Below are positions 51,902-62,575 of a DNA stretch of 64,000 nucleotides, in pieces. Origin of the DNA: Trichormus sp. ATA11-4-KO1 (lineage in GTDB: Bacteria > Cyanobacteriota > Cyanobacteriia > Cyanobacteriales > Nostocaceae). The DNA lies in assembly GCA_019358915.1 (NCBI GenBank), contig JAHHIM010000073.1:292003-356002 (forward strand). Reading direction: 5' to 3'. The notes under the pieces were generated by a model. The model saw nothing but the letters and a program-made list of their open reading frames with translations, was not told where the DNA came from and did no database searches. Position numbers and translations under genes: made by a program. Each line of letters opens with the position of its first letter. Position 1 is the first letter of the stretch.

Positions 51902-54163
51902 ATGAATATAAATCCAACTGACTTAACTGTAGAGTTGAAAAAACAATCACATCCTCATATTCTCTTCGGCACAAAATTAGATGGAAACAGTAATAGTGAA
52001 CAATTTTTACTGAGTATTTATAATTCCGTTCAAGCATCTATATTTGTGGTAGATGTTTTGGAGGACGGCGATTTTTGCTATGTGGCACTTAATCCTACTC
52101 ATGAACAATGGCTAGGTATCCGCTCTGAGGATCTTCAGGGCAAAAAACCAGAGGATATTCTTTCACAAGTTGATGCGGCTAGGGTGCGTCAGCATTACAC
52201 TGATTGCGTGCGCTTTGGCAAAACCATTTCCTATGAACAATGCTTGCAATTTCAAGGTGTTTATACTTGGTGGAGTACAACTTTAACACCATTGCGAGAT
52301 GCCAACTCCAGAATTTATAGATTAGTTGGCACTAGCACTAATATTACTCCCGCTAAGCAGGTAGCCCAAGTTAGAGGGATGCAAGCGGAACGGGAGCAAT
52401 TGTTAGCAGCGATCGCCAGGCGAATTCACGCATCAGTTGAGTTAGAGATAATTCTCCAGCAGACAGTCGCAGAAATCCGCCAGTGTGTGAATTGCGATCG
52501 CCTACTGATTTACCATATCCAGCCTGATGGTAGTGGCACAGTCATCGCCGAATCAACTGTGACGCCTGGTAGTGCGCTTTTGGGCAAAAACTTTCGCGAT
52601 TGTAGCTTCAGCGCTAAATATAAACAACGCCACGGATACAGTTGTCTTCAAATTGTAGAAGATATTTATACAGCAGGGCTACATCCTGACGAAATAGACT
52701 TTCTGTCTTCTCTGCAAGTGAGAGCAAATCTGGTAGTACCGATTTTGTTACAGGAGAATTTATGGGGGCTGTTAATTGCTCAAAATTGCCATGAACCTTA
52801 TTTATGGCAGCAAATAGAAATTGACCTGCTCCAGCAAATGGCAACTCAAATCAGCATCGCTGTACGTCAGGCAGAACTACATCAGCAAGTACAGTATCTC
52901 CAAGCACAGTTAGACTTCCAGAAGCAGCAGCATCAAGCCCAATTCAAGCAGGTACAGAGCTTTCAAACACTAGTGCGACGTATTACCGAAAAAATTCGCG
53001 ACAATCGGGATAAAACTCAGGTATTGCAAACAACTACTCAGGAATTAGCAAAGTTATTAGAACTTGAGTGTTGCTACATCGAACTCTATAGCAGTTGTTG
53101 CAGTCAGGTAAGTGTAGCTTACGAGTACACAACGACTTTACCCCCGTGCAAGGGATTTACTAAAGAGATTGCAGATTTTACCGAAATTTATCAGCCATTG
53201 TTACAAAAACAACATCTGCAATCTGTAGAAATTGTTCCTGGATGGCATCCCCAGTTACTGGTAGTCACACAGCTAGCTTGTCCAATTTTCGATGATCAAG
53301 GAATGCTGGGAAATCTTTGGCTGATCAGACCAACACAAGAAATGTTTGATCAATTGGAAATTGGTTTAGTACAGCAGATAGCTAATGAATGTGCGATCGC
53401 CATTCGTCAAAAACAGCTTGAGCAAAGAACCCAAGCACAAGCTCAAGAATTAGCACAACGAGAACGCGTCAAAAACGAATTTCTCCGCACTTTGTCTCAA
53501 GAACTGCGGACACCCATAACTAATATTAGTCTTGCCGCTCAAACTCTCGAAAGCGTACTAACACCTGAAGGAGTTTTAGACATCGAAATAGTGCCGCAAC
53601 TATTGCAGATTCTCCATAACGAGTGTGGCAGAGAAAGTAAATTAATTAATGATTTGCTGAAACTGGTTTATCTAGAAACCCAACCCGACCCCCCGACTTT
53701 AATCGCCATTGACCTACAAACTTGGCTTCCCCCCATCGTCGAGTCTTTTCGCGAACTAGCCTGTTGTCAGCGACAAGAATTAAATCTCACCATTGAAACT
53801 GCATTGCCAATTTTAGAGACAGATATCACCGATTTGGAGCGGATAGTTACCGAACTGTTAAACCATGCTTGCAAATACACCCCGGCGGGCGAATCTATCA
53901 CAGTATCTGTCAATCTGACAGTAGATGCACTGCAACTGAGGGTCAGCAATTCTGGCTTAGAAATTCCCACCAGTGACCAGTTACGGATTTTTGAGCCGTT
54001 TTATCACATTTCCAAAAATGACCCCTGGAAATATAGTGGCACAGGATTGGAACTGGCATTAGTGCAAAAAATGGTCAGCCATTTAGGCGGTTCAATTCAA
54101 GTAGAAAGTGCAGCAGGTCAAACCAGCTTTATCATCCAATTTCCTCAAGCGATCGCACCCTAA
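51902..54163 (+). CDS. PAS-GAF-GAF histidine-kinase-like protein with degenerate catalytic motifs
   Basis: DRLLIY, LWGLLIA; H-box reads SQELRTP; GTGLEL. Confidence 0.85.
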   Translation: MNINPTDLTVELKKQSHPHILFGTKLDGNSNSEQFLLSIYNSVQASIFVVDVLEDGDFCYVALNPTHEQWLGIRSEDLQGKKPEDILSQVDAARVRQHYTDCVRFGKTISYEQCLQFQGVYTWWSTTLTPLRDANSRIYRLVGTSTNITPAKQVAQVRGMQAEREQLLAAIARRIHASVELEIILQQTVAEIRQCVNCDRLLIYHIQPDGSGTVIAESTVTPGSALLGKNFRDCSFSAKYKQRHGYSCLQIVEDIYTAGLHPDEIDFLSSLQVRANLVVPILLQENLWGLLIAQNCHEPYLWQQIEIDLLQQMATQISIAVRQAELHQQVQYLQAQLDFQKQQHQAQFKQVQSFQTLVRRITEKIRDNRDKTQVLQTTTQELAKLLELECCYIELYSSCCSQVSVAYEYTTTLPPCKGFTKEIADFTEIYQPLLQKQHLQSVEIVPGWHPQLLVVTQLACPIFDDQGMLGNLWLIRPTQEMFDQLEIGLVQQIANECAIAIRQKQLEQRTQAQAQELAQRERVKNEFLRTLSQELRTPITNISLAAQTLESVLTPEGVLDIEIVPQLLQILHNECGRESKLINDLLKLVYLETQPDPPTLIAIDLQTWLPPIVESFRELACCQRQELNLTIETALPILETDITDLERIVTELLNHACKYTPAGESITVSVNLTVDALQLRVSNSGLEIPTSDQLRIFEPFYHISKNDPWKYSGTGLELALVQKMVSHLGGSIQVESAAGQTSFIIQFPQAIAP

Positions 54164-54225
54164 CTCATTTTCTAGTTCCACACTGGCAAATCCATCAGAA
54201 GTTTGCTATTATTAACTTCTGTTAT

Positions 54226-54297
54226 GGGTGACTAGCTCAACGGTAGAGCATCGGACTCTTAATCCGCTGGTTCTGAGTTCGAATCTCAGGTCACCCA
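54226..54297 (+). tRNA. tRNA-Lys(CTT)
   Basis: GGGTGACTAGCTCAACGGTAGAGCATCGGACTCTTAATCCGCTGGTTCTGAGTTCGAATCTCAGGTCACCCA. Confidence 0.95.
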
Positions 54298-54429
54298 CTC
54301 GCTAATAATTTAAAAAGGCAACCTATAAAGCGATCGCACAATCGTATCTGAGTAAGTGCGATATTAACCACAAGTTTAATTCCTGGGGCTTCCTGGAAAA
54401 ATAGGTAGTCAAGAGACCTCTCCGAATAA

Positions 54430-54458
54430 GTAGATACGTAGCACTGCTACATCTCTAC
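54430..54458. repeat. GTAG-type REP-like palindrome
   Basis: gtagatacgtagca-c-tgctacatctctac. Confidence 0.7.
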
Positions 54459-54485
54459 GACAGACAACTTTTAACCAACCACTTT

Positions 54486-54635
54486 TTATGGCATAGGGTG
54501 AAAGAGAAGATCAGGGAAAAAGTAATTGAAAATAACCCAGGTAGAGAAGGCAATTATTACTGAAGCAACTGCAAGAACAGGTGCAAGGGAAAGATACTGA
54601 AGGAAATAGTTTTTTTCCTTATTTGGTTTTTGCAT
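54486..54635 (-). CDS. psaJ: Photosystem I subunit IX paralogue (absent from ORF track)
   Basis: MQKPNKEKNYFLQYLSLAPVLAVASVIIAFSTWVIFNYFFPDLLFHPMP* (49 aa). Confidence 0.92.
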   Translation of the reverse strand: MQKPNKEKNYFLQYLSLAPVLAVASVIIAFSTWVIFNYFFPDLLFHPMP

Positions 54636-54772
54636 AAAGTTTATTTCAAAAAATTTAATGAATTAAGCTTTCTTAGCATGAAACAACAGTAATTTGTTTT
54701 TCTGTTATATTCAAATCACCGAAGAAATAACTTTGCTCACTTTGGTAATTTTTCAACTCAAAGACTCAATTA

Positions 54773-54913
54773 AACGTGAGTTCGATGACCTCTCCGGTGC
54801 AAAGAGGGGCTTAAATATCTTGAAAGCTCAACGAGAAATTAAGGTTTTGAAGCCTCTCTCCTGGCAGGGGAGATGTTTGGAGAGGGGTTTTTTCCACTTA
54901 TCGAACTCACGTA
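54773..54913. mobile_element. MITE with AACGTGAGTTCGAT terminal inverted repeat and 4-bp ATTA duplication
   Basis: atta|aacgtgagttcgat...atcgaactcacgta|atta. Confidence 0.85.
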
Positions 54914-55181
54914 ATTAACTGTATAAATAATAAATTAATGACTAGTATTTAATAATATCTCTAACTTTAGATTGAAATATTATTAAATTAATTTGTGATT
55001 TTAAATACAAAATTTAATTGTTTAATATCTAATAACAATTAAAAAAATAATGCAACAAATACAAAAGATAGAAAGCCAGATGAAGTCTTATTATAACTAT
55101 CCCTCTCCTTGGTCAGGAAAGGGATAAGTTTTGTGTAGTAGAACCAGCGTGAGGTCTTCCTAGGCTATTCAATACAATCGA

Positions 55182-56054
55182 CTATACGCGTGCTAAAACT
55201 GGTTCATGTTGTACAGCACTGACAGCATTTGCTGTTGGTTCTGTACAGTAGATTTCACAAGAGTTATTGGGACTTTCGATCAGTTTGATTTTGTAAAGCG
55301 TAGCTCCCAATTCCTGGACAGGCGATCGCAGTAAATTACTAATGTAAAGTGCTATATTCTCAGCAGTGGGTACAACTTTGGCAAAGTAAGGAATGTCTTT
55401 GTTCAAAAATGTGTGATCGAATGGCTCTACTACACAGTCTTCTATCACCTGATTCAAAGCACCTAAATCGACAATCATCCCAGTGCGTGAATCAATTTCC
55501 CCTTTCACAGTAATTTCTAAATGGTAGTTGTGTCCATGACCATGAGGACGGGCGCATTTACCGTAAATTTGAGAATTCTCTTCGTTACTGAGATCAGGAT
55601 GAGCTAACCGATGGGCGGCGCTAAAGTGAGTGCTGATGTTGAGGTAGGCTTCCATTCCGTTTCCTATATAATCTGCCCAAAGTTCAGGATGTTCAAATAA
55701 TTGCACACGGACTAGAGGCAAGTGGGGTGCTAAACGTTGCCAAATCACCCGTGCAATATTCTCGGTAGTGGGTAGAGTTTGTTGAAATTCTGCCCACACA
55801 TCATTGAGATAAGAAAAATCTAGTTGGCTGGTGATTTCTTGCTTAATTACGTGTTTCACATCAGACAAGTTCAAAACCATGCCATATTCATCCAGTTCTC
55901 CGGCTAGAGAGATAAATAAAACATAGTTGTGTCCATGTCCGGGAAATTTAGAGCAAGCACCAAATTTCTCAATATTCTCGGCTTCACTCAGTTCTGGTAA
56001 CCAATAGCGATGACTTGCCGAAAACTGAGCGCGGCGATTAACAATGCATTGCAT
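55182..56054 (-). CDS. queD: 6-carboxytetrahydropterin / 6-pyruvoyl-tetrahydropterin synthase (two tandem domains)
   Basis: Two FSAxHR..C..HGHNY..PTxEN repeats. Confidence 0.85.
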   Translation of the reverse strand: MQCIVNRRAQFSASHRYWLPELSEAENIEKFGACSKFPGHGHNYVLFISLAGELDEYGMVLNLSDVKHVIKQEITSQLDFSYLNDVWAEFQQTLPTTENIARVIWQRLAPHLPLVRVQLFEHPELWADYIGNGMEAYLNISTHFSAAHRLAHPDLSNEENSQIYGKCARPHGHGHNYHLEITVKGEIDSRTGMIVDLGALNQVIEDCVVEPFDHTFLNKDIPYFAKVVPTAENIALYISNLLRSPVQELGATLYKIKLIESPNNSCEIYCTEPTANAVSAVQHEPVLARV

Positions 56055-56182
56055 GAGTATTCTGGAAACAGAGCTTAAAATTTCTTAAACTTTCACTGTT
56101 TCCAGCATAAACTAATTTCTTTACTAGTTGTTATACCAATTAATGAATACAAGTAACTACAGCTTAAGGTTAACAGTACTAC

Positions 56183-56896
56183 TCAGTATTCAACTCTACT
56201 CATAACTTCTTGCACCTCGTAGTGCAATCTGGCAGCTATACGGAATAACTCTTGCCCTGTGTGTAAATAATGTTCATCGTAGCTCAAGGGAAAGTAAGCC
56301 AACTCTTCTAGCCCATCTGCTACTTGACTGAGACTGTGATAGAGATAAGCTGCTGCTTTGGCTAAACTGGGTGGATTTGGTAAAGAACGAAAAGCAAGTT
56401 GCGCTTGCTTTAAGTCATCTTTACAAGTGTTTAAGTATTCCTGGAATTCCTCTAATAATTCATCATCAAAGGGATCGGCGGCTAGTTGTTCAATTTGATC
56501 ATCTAGAGAGTTGAGAATCCCATCAAGCAACTCATTGACTGGTTGATAAACTAGGCGCAGCCATTCTTGGATTTGTTGGTCAGCATCCCTTCCAGTTTGC
56601 CGTGTTGTCTGGTAACGTTTTTGTGCTGATGCTGTTCGCTGTTGCCGATCGCTATTTAATTTTTGGGAGTCTTCTTGTAGTTTTTGGTCATAGCTGAGAC
56701 GATTTTGACTGTCCCCTAAGACCTCATATGCCGCATTAATCCGAATAATTTGCTCTTTATCTGCTGTTTCCTGATTGCTGTCTGGGTGAAACAACTTTAC
56801 CAAGCGGCGATAAGATTGCTTAATCTCCGCTTGGCTAGCATTGGGATTAACTTTGAGAGTTTCGTAGTGGTTAGAAACGTGCTTAAAATCGACCAT
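56183..56896 (-). CDS. J-domain protein
   Basis: HYETL..FHPD..INAAYEVL. Confidence 0.9.
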   Translation of the reverse strand: MVDFKHVSNHYETLKVNPNASQAEIKQSYRRLVKLFHPDSNQETADKEQIIRINAAYEVLGDSQNRLSYDQKLQEDSQKLNSDRQQRTASAQKRYQTTRQTGRDADQQIQEWLRLVYQPVNELLDGILNSLDDQIEQLAADPFDDELLEEFQEYLNTCKDDLKQAQLAFRSLPNPPSLAKAAAYLYHSLSQVADGLEELAYFPLSYDEHYLHTGQELFRIAARLHYEVQEVMSRVEY

Positions 56897-56911
56897 TTAT
56901 CCAATTTAACG

Positions 56912-57874
56912 TTAGGTGATGCTAGCAGCTACCCTAGCTTCCAAGTCTTGGAATAACGGTGTACTCAAATATCTCTCTCCAAAACTGGGCTGAATCATCA
57001 CAATTAAACGTCCCTCGTTTTCTGGACGTTGGGCAATCCGAATAGCAGCACATAAAGCTGCACCACTGGAAATGCCTGATAGTAGCCCTTCTTCTCTCGC
57101 CAAACGCCGACCGTAGGCGATCGCTTCGTCATCGCTGACAGTAATTACTTCATCAATCAATTCTGTCTTCAATACTTGGGGTACAAACCCAGCACCAATT
57201 CCCTGGATTTTGTGGGGGCCTGGTCGTCCTCCAGATAACACTGGGCTATTGATTGGTTCAACTGCGATCGCTTGAAAGCTTGGCTTGCGTGCTTTAATCA
57301 CTTCTGCTACACCTGTGATCGTACCACCTGTACCGACCCCTGCCACAATCATATCTACCTGTCCATCAGTATCTTGCCAAATTTCTTCGGCTGTAGTTTC
57401 TCGATGTACTTTGGCATTAGCTGGATTGCGGAACTGCTGCAACATATAGGTATGTGGTGTACTGTCAACTATTTCTTGCGCTCGCCGAATAGCTCCAGTC
57501 ATACCTTCTATTCCCGGTGTTAATTCTAGTTCAGCTCCATAGGCGCGCAACATTGCCCGGCGTTCCCCACTCATGGTTTCTGGCATTGTTAAAATTAACC
57601 TATAACCTTTAGCTGCTGCGGCCATTGCCAAGGCAATACCTGTATTTCCCGAGGTGGGTTCTACCAATAACGTCTTCCCAGGAGAAATCAACCCTTCCTC
57701 TTCCGCCGCATTGATCATACTCACCCCAATCCGGTCTTTGACTGATGCCGATGGGTTCATGCTTTCCAGTTTCACAACAATTTGAGCTACACATCCTTCG
57801 GCTTGGGGGATGCGGTTTAACTGTACTAAGGGTGTACGACCAACAAGTTCTGTAATGTTACGAGCAATCTTCAT
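56912..57874 (-). CDS. cysK: Cysteine synthase A
   Basis: SVKDRIG, PTSGNTG, GVGTGGT, HKIQGIG. Confidence 0.97.
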   Translation of the reverse strand: MKIARNITELVGRTPLVQLNRIPQAEGCVAQIVVKLESMNPSASVKDRIGVSMINAAEEEGLISPGKTLLVEPTSGNTGIALAMAAAAKGYRLILTMPETMSGERRAMLRAYGAELELTPGIEGMTGAIRRAQEIVDSTPHTYMLQQFRNPANAKVHRETTAEEIWQDTDGQVDMIVAGVGTGGTITGVAEVIKARKPSFQAIAVEPINSPVLSGGRPGPHKIQGIGAGFVPQVLKTELIDEVITVSDDEAIAYGRRLAREEGLLSGISSGAALCAAIRIAQRPENEGRLIVMIQPSFGERYLSTPLFQDLEARVAASIT

Positions 57875-57932
57875 AATTGTTCCTGATTTATTTAGTTATT
57901 AGTCAAAAATCAACAGCCAAAAACACTTTGAA

Positions 57933-58370
57933 CTAAATGTAGTACATGATATCTAATTGCCGCCGAGAATCTCGTTTTTCACAAAGGTCTTGAAGTGTAT
58001 ATTTTTGCAAAACTGCGTTTGCCGCTTGATATGCTTCTTGCCAGATTTCTTTGACAACAGCAGTATCTACACTTTTGGGATTGGTGTCTTCCTCACATAT
58101 CCGCACATCTAACCCTTCGAGACATTCTAAAACATCGAAGACTGTAATTTTCCAAGGTTCTCGAGTCAAAAAATAACCACCTTTTGACCCGCGTTGACTT
58201 TTGACTATACCTCCACGCCTTAAGGTCGCTAGTAACTGTTCTAAATAGCGATCAGGTATGCTTTGTTGCGCGGCAATTTGGCGAATTTGCATCGGTTCGC
58301 CACTTTCGTAATGAGTTGCCATCTCTATTAAGGCAAGAATGGCGTATTCTGACTTACACGATAGTTCCAC
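57933..58370 (-). CDS. Rrf2-family regulator (CymR-like)
   Basis: YLEQLLATLRRGGIVKSQRGSKGGY; GTG at 58370. Confidence 0.9.
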   Translation of the reverse strand: MELSCKSEYAILALIEMATHYESGEPMQIRQIAAQQSIPDRYLEQLLATLRRGGIVKSQRGSKGGYFLTREPWKITVFDVLECLEGLDVRICEEDTNPKSVDTAVVKEIWQEAYQAANAVLQKYTLQDLCEKRDSRRQLDIMYYI

Positions 58371-58482
58371 AAGCAATATGAGTAAGGGATCAAAGAAGAG
58401 TAAAGACGAGCTATCACTCTTAACCTTTTCTAGTATACTCCGGTTCCCCACTGGGGTTTGTTTATTACTCCTAATTAAACAC

Positions 58483-58506
58483 AAAAAACCCCGCTTAATG
58501 GCGGGG
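58483..58506 (-). terminator. Rho-independent terminator of porin copy 1
   Basis: ccccgc/gcgggg stem plus T6 on minus strand. Confidence 0.85.
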
Positions 58507-58544
58507 CGTAATGAGTTGAAAATTTTCAGCAGATTTTCCCAACT

Positions 58545-60227
58545 CTAGAATGTAAAGGTGGTTCTGAGGGTACCGATGAACGCATCATCGTTGTTGCTGT
58601 TTTGACCTGGGTTGGTCAACCAGATTACACCAGGAGTGATTGAGACGTTATCGGAGACTTGGTACTTGTAGAAACCTTCAATTTGGTATGGGACTCTGTT
58701 AAAGCCATCTACTACACCACGCGCATAGGGTTGGGCACCTGCAAAAATACCTAAAACGTTACCCCTCTTACCAAAGTCAGGTAACGCTACCCCAAGACCG
58801 TAAGTCCAAACTTCTTTGTCATCACCTATCCCGAAACCTGTGACATCGGTATAAGAGACAAAGCCACTAACTGACAGTCTGTCGCTGGGTCGGAAGGCGG
58901 CTGACACACCGTAGGAATTAGTTGAAGATGCATTGGGTATAGTGTTGGCGATGCTAGTACCTACTATGGGATTAGTTACTGAACCTGCGTCAAAGAGACT
59001 ACTGCCTGCACCATGATAACCGTGAACGTAAGTAGCAGCCAAAGCTAGGCGATCGCCAACACTAAAGTTTAATTGTCCCAAGGCAGCATAGTTGCCGTTG
59101 AACACGCCTTCACCCGCGCCAGGACTATTAGGTTCCGACGCTAAATAACCTACAGTTAGTGAACTAGGTCTGAGAATACCGCCACCTTGACCAAAAGGTA
59201 AGGTAAATGCAATACCTGCACCGCCACCAACCCGATAGATGGGATTTTCCGAAGCAAAGGTTGTTAAAGCGCCGTTACCACCATCAAAGTCCTCAAAATA
59301 AGGGTTGTTGGTAGCAACATAATCGCTGTGGATACCGCCAGTAGCTGCAACGTAAACTTGCGCTGGTCCTACAGGAACGTAGTAGGCCAACCAGTCTATA
59401 ATGACATTATTATTACCAGTGCTACCAACGTTAAAAGTTTGCAGACCTTCACCGCTTGGAAGACCACCGACGTCAGTACCCAAATTAAAGTTTTGGGCGT
59501 TACCGGATGCAAGACGGGTGTGTAAAACGTCTCTGCCCGTGAAACTGGTTTGCAAGTCTAAACGAACTCTGTTTTGGAAAACAGTGTTGTTGTTGTCACC
59601 TGCTTGATCACCAAAAGCATCAGTCACCGCAAAAATTGCTTCACCCACTAGCTTGGTGGTGGTGGAGAACTGATTTGCTTCTAATTCTGCTGTCCGCGCT
59701 TCTAGCGAATCTACACGACCACGCAAAGTAGCTAATTCTGCGGAAAATTCCTCTTGTAAACGCTGTAGGGTGGCTAAATCCTCTCTGGTTACCATGTCCG
59801 CCGTGGCTGTGGCAATCAGTTCATTCACCCGATCCAAACAGGCGTTTAAACCCGCCGCAAATTCGTAACGGGTTAAAGCACGGTTACCACGATAAGTGCC
59901 GTTGGGATAACCTGCGATACAACCGTAGCGCTCTACCAAGGACTGTAAGGCTTGGAATGCCCAATCTGTTGGTTGGACGTCTGAAAATTGCGAAACCGAT
60001 GTTACTTGCGACAGCGTGGTATTTTGTCTACCTTCGTTACTGTAGCTGTTTACTTGCTCAATTACTTTGGTCTCTTGGGTTGCTTGCGCCCAGATTTCTG
60101 GCTGTTGTGCCACTTCTGTGACTTCGGTGGTCGTATTTGGTGCGGCAATTGCTGTTGCGGAAACTAACAATGTTGCTCCCAAAACTGCTGGGCTAACCAC
60201 CAGGGATTTCCACAAAATATTCGACAT
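58545..60227 (-). CDS. SLH + OprB-type outer-membrane porin, copy 1
   Basis: FSDVQPTDWAFQALQSLVERYGC, QFSTTTKL, GTLRTTFTF. Confidence 0.95.
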   Translation of the reverse strand: MSNILWKSLVVSPAVLGATLLVSATAIAAPNTTTEVTEVAQQPEIWAQATQETKVIEQVNSYSNEGRQNTTLSQVTSVSQFSDVQPTDWAFQALQSLVERYGCIAGYPNGTYRGNRALTRYEFAAGLNACLDRVNELIATATADMVTREDLATLQRLQEEFSAELATLRGRVDSLEARTAELEANQFSTTTKLVGEAIFAVTDAFGDQAGDNNNTVFQNRVRLDLQTSFTGRDVLHTRLASGNAQNFNLGTDVGGLPSGEGLQTFNVGSTGNNNVIIDWLAYYVPVGPAQVYVAATGGIHSDYVATNNPYFEDFDGGNGALTTFASENPIYRVGGGAGIAFTLPFGQGGGILRPSSLTVGYLASEPNSPGAGEGVFNGNYAALGQLNFSVGDRLALAATYVHGYHGAGSSLFDAGSVTNPIVGTSIANTIPNASSTNSYGVSAAFRPSDRLSVSGFVSYTDVTGFGIGDDKEVWTYGLGVALPDFGKRGNVLGIFAGAQPYARGVVDGFNRVPYQIEGFYKYQVSDNVSITPGVIWLTNPGQNSNNDDAFIGTLRTTFTF

Positions 60228-60419
60228 TTTCACTTTTCTCCTCACACCTTGTATAGATAGTTGTGTTCGCTGCGCCTATTCTCAAAATTAATTTGAATTA
60301 GGCAAGAATAGCTTCCTCAGATTTAATGATAATTGCACAACCAGCAATATTATACCAACTTGTTTTTGATCAGATTATTTGCTTGTAACTCATAGAGTTT
60401 GTTTTGTAACCCTAGTAAC

Positions 60420-60443
60420 AAAAAACCCCGCTTAATGGCGGGG
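60420..60443 (-). terminator. Rho-independent terminator of porin copy 2
   Basis: Identical to 58483-58506. Confidence 0.85.
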
Positions 60444-60481
60444 CGTAATGAGTTGAAAATTTTCAGCAGATTTTCAAAACT

Positions 60482-62209
60482 CTAGAATGTAAAGGTGGTT
60501 CTGAGGGTACCGATGAACGCATCATCGTTGTTGCTATTTTGACCTGGGTTGGTCAACCAGATTACACCAGGAGTGATTGAGACGTTATCGGAGACTTGGT
60601 ACTTGTAGAAACCTTCAATTTGGTATGGGACTCTGTTAAACCCAGGTTCTACACCACGCGCATAGGGTTGGGCACCTGCAAAAATACCTAAAACGTTACC
60701 CCTCTTACCAAAGTCAGGTAACGCTACCCCAAGACCGTAAGTCCAAACTTCTTTGTCATCACCTATCCCGAAACCTGTGACATCGGTATAAGAGACAAAG
60801 CCACTAACTGACAGTCTGTCACTGGGTCGGAAGGCGGCTGACACACCATAAGAGTTGGTTGAAGATGCATCAGTAGTTGATAGAGTGTTGGCTATGGCAG
60901 TACCTACTACAGGAGTAGCTACTGGTACACCACCAACATTTCTAGAACTGCCTGCATCAAATAATGCACTACCTGCACCATGATAGCCGTGAACATAGGT
61001 AGCAGCTAAGCCTAGGCGATCGCCAACACTAAAGTTTAATTGTCCCAAGGCAGCATAGTTGCCGTTGAACACGCCTTCACCCGCGCCAGGAAGATTTGCT
61101 TCCGATGCTAAATAACCTAGAGTTAATGAACTAGGTCTGAGAATACCGCCACCTTGACCAAAAGGTAAGGTAAATGCAATACCTGCACCGCCACCAATCC
61201 GATAGATGGGATTTTCCGCAGCAAGAGTAGTTAAAGCTCCGTTACCGCCGTCACTACCATCAGAAAAGTAGGGGTTATTAACAGCAGCATATTGGTTATG
61301 TTTACCACCGTTAGCTGCAATATAAACTTGGGCTGGCCCTACAGGTACTTCGTAGGTCAATCTATCGATGACAACGTTGTTGTTACCAGTATTGCCAACG
61401 TTAAAGGTTTGCAGACCTTCACCGCTTTGAGCGGAATCGAAACCTAAAGGCGTATTCACACCCAAGTTAAAACGATCTGCATTCCCAGATGCAAGACGGG
61501 TAGTCAAAACATCACGACCTGTGAAGCTGCTTTTTAAAGCTAAACGAACTCTATTTTGGAAAACAGTGTTGTTGTTGTCACCAGCTTGATCACCAAAAGC
61601 ATCAGTCACCGCAAAAATCGCTTCACCCACTAACTTGGTGGTGGTGGAGAACTGATTTGCTTCTAATTCTGCTGTCCGTGCTTCTAGCGAATCTACACGA
61701 CCACGCAAAGTAGCTAATTCTGCGGAAAATTCTTCTTGTAAACGCTGTAGGGTGGCTAAATCCTCTCTGGTTACCATGTCCGCCGTGGCTGTGGCAATCA
61801 GTTCATTCACCCGATCCAAACAGGCGTTTAAACCCGCCGCAAATTCGTAACGGGTTAAAGCACGGTTACCACGATAAGTGCCGTTGGGATAACCTGCGAT
61901 ACAACCGTAGCGCTCTACCAAGGACTGTAAGGCTTGGAATGCCCAATCTGTTGGTTGGACGTCTGAAAATTGCGAAACCGATGTTACTTGCGACAGCGTG
62001 GTATTTTGTCTACCTTCGTTACTGTAGCTGTTTACTTGCTCAATTACTTTGGTCTCTTGGGTTGCTTGCGCCCAGATTTCTGGCTGTTGTGCCACTTCTG
62101 TGACTTCGGTGGTCGTATTTGGTGCGGCAATTGCTGTTGCGGAAACTAACAATGTTGCTCCCAAAACTGCTGGGCTAACCACCAGGGATTTCCACAAAAT
62201 ATTCGACAT
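60482..62209 (-). CDS. SLH + OprB-type outer-membrane porin, copy 2
   Basis: Same motifs as copy 1; ATG at 62209. Confidence 0.95.
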   Translation of the reverse strand: MSNILWKSLVVSPAVLGATLLVSATAIAAPNTTTEVTEVAQQPEIWAQATQETKVIEQVNSYSNEGRQNTTLSQVTSVSQFSDVQPTDWAFQALQSLVERYGCIAGYPNGTYRGNRALTRYEFAAGLNACLDRVNELIATATADMVTREDLATLQRLQEEFSAELATLRGRVDSLEARTAELEANQFSTTTKLVGEAIFAVTDAFGDQAGDNNNTVFQNRVRLALKSSFTGRDVLTTRLASGNADRFNLGVNTPLGFDSAQSGEGLQTFNVGNTGNNNVVIDRLTYEVPVGPAQVYIAANGGKHNQYAAVNNPYFSDGSDGGNGALTTLAAENPIYRIGGGAGIAFTLPFGQGGGILRPSSLTLGYLASEANLPGAGEGVFNGNYAALGQLNFSVGDRLGLAATYVHGYHGAGSALFDAGSSRNVGGVPVATPVVGTAIANTLSTTDASSTNSYGVSAAFRPSDRLSVSGFVSYTDVTGFGIGDDKEVWTYGLGVALPDFGKRGNVLGIFAGAQPYARGVEPGFNRVPYQIEGFYKYQVSDNVSITPGVIWLTNPGQNSNNDDAFIGTLRTTFTF

Positions 62210-62575
62210 TTTCACTTTTCTCCTCACACCTTGTATAGATAGTTGTGTTCGCTGCCTTGATTCGCCAAGATTCAACAAAGTTGAGTTTTTTTGATGCAGG
62301 CTCAGTCGCCACTACTACAATTTTAGTTTTTGCCAGGCTAATAACTGATTAACTTAAAGTTAAAAATTGATGTAATTAACTTATGCAAAAACACAGCTTC
62401 ATAACATACTATTATAAAGCATCTGAAGTATATGGCAAGATATAGGCGATCGCCTGATTAACTGTCACATGAAGTTGTCTGGAATTCTTAGACAAGAGCT
62501 AGCTTTTAAGCACTACTTTTCATCAGCCTCAATCCCTGAAAAAGCTGCTAATTGGCTATCTTCACCAGAAATGTT

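Noticed and set aside
54226..54913. Integrative element at tRNA-Lys (or tRNA-Thr)
   Set aside because: No integrase and no duplicated tRNA 3' end seen
60325..60420. Fur or NtcA boxes between the porins
   Set aside because: Only partial matches (aatgataat; GTA-N8-AAC) with non-canonical -10 spacing
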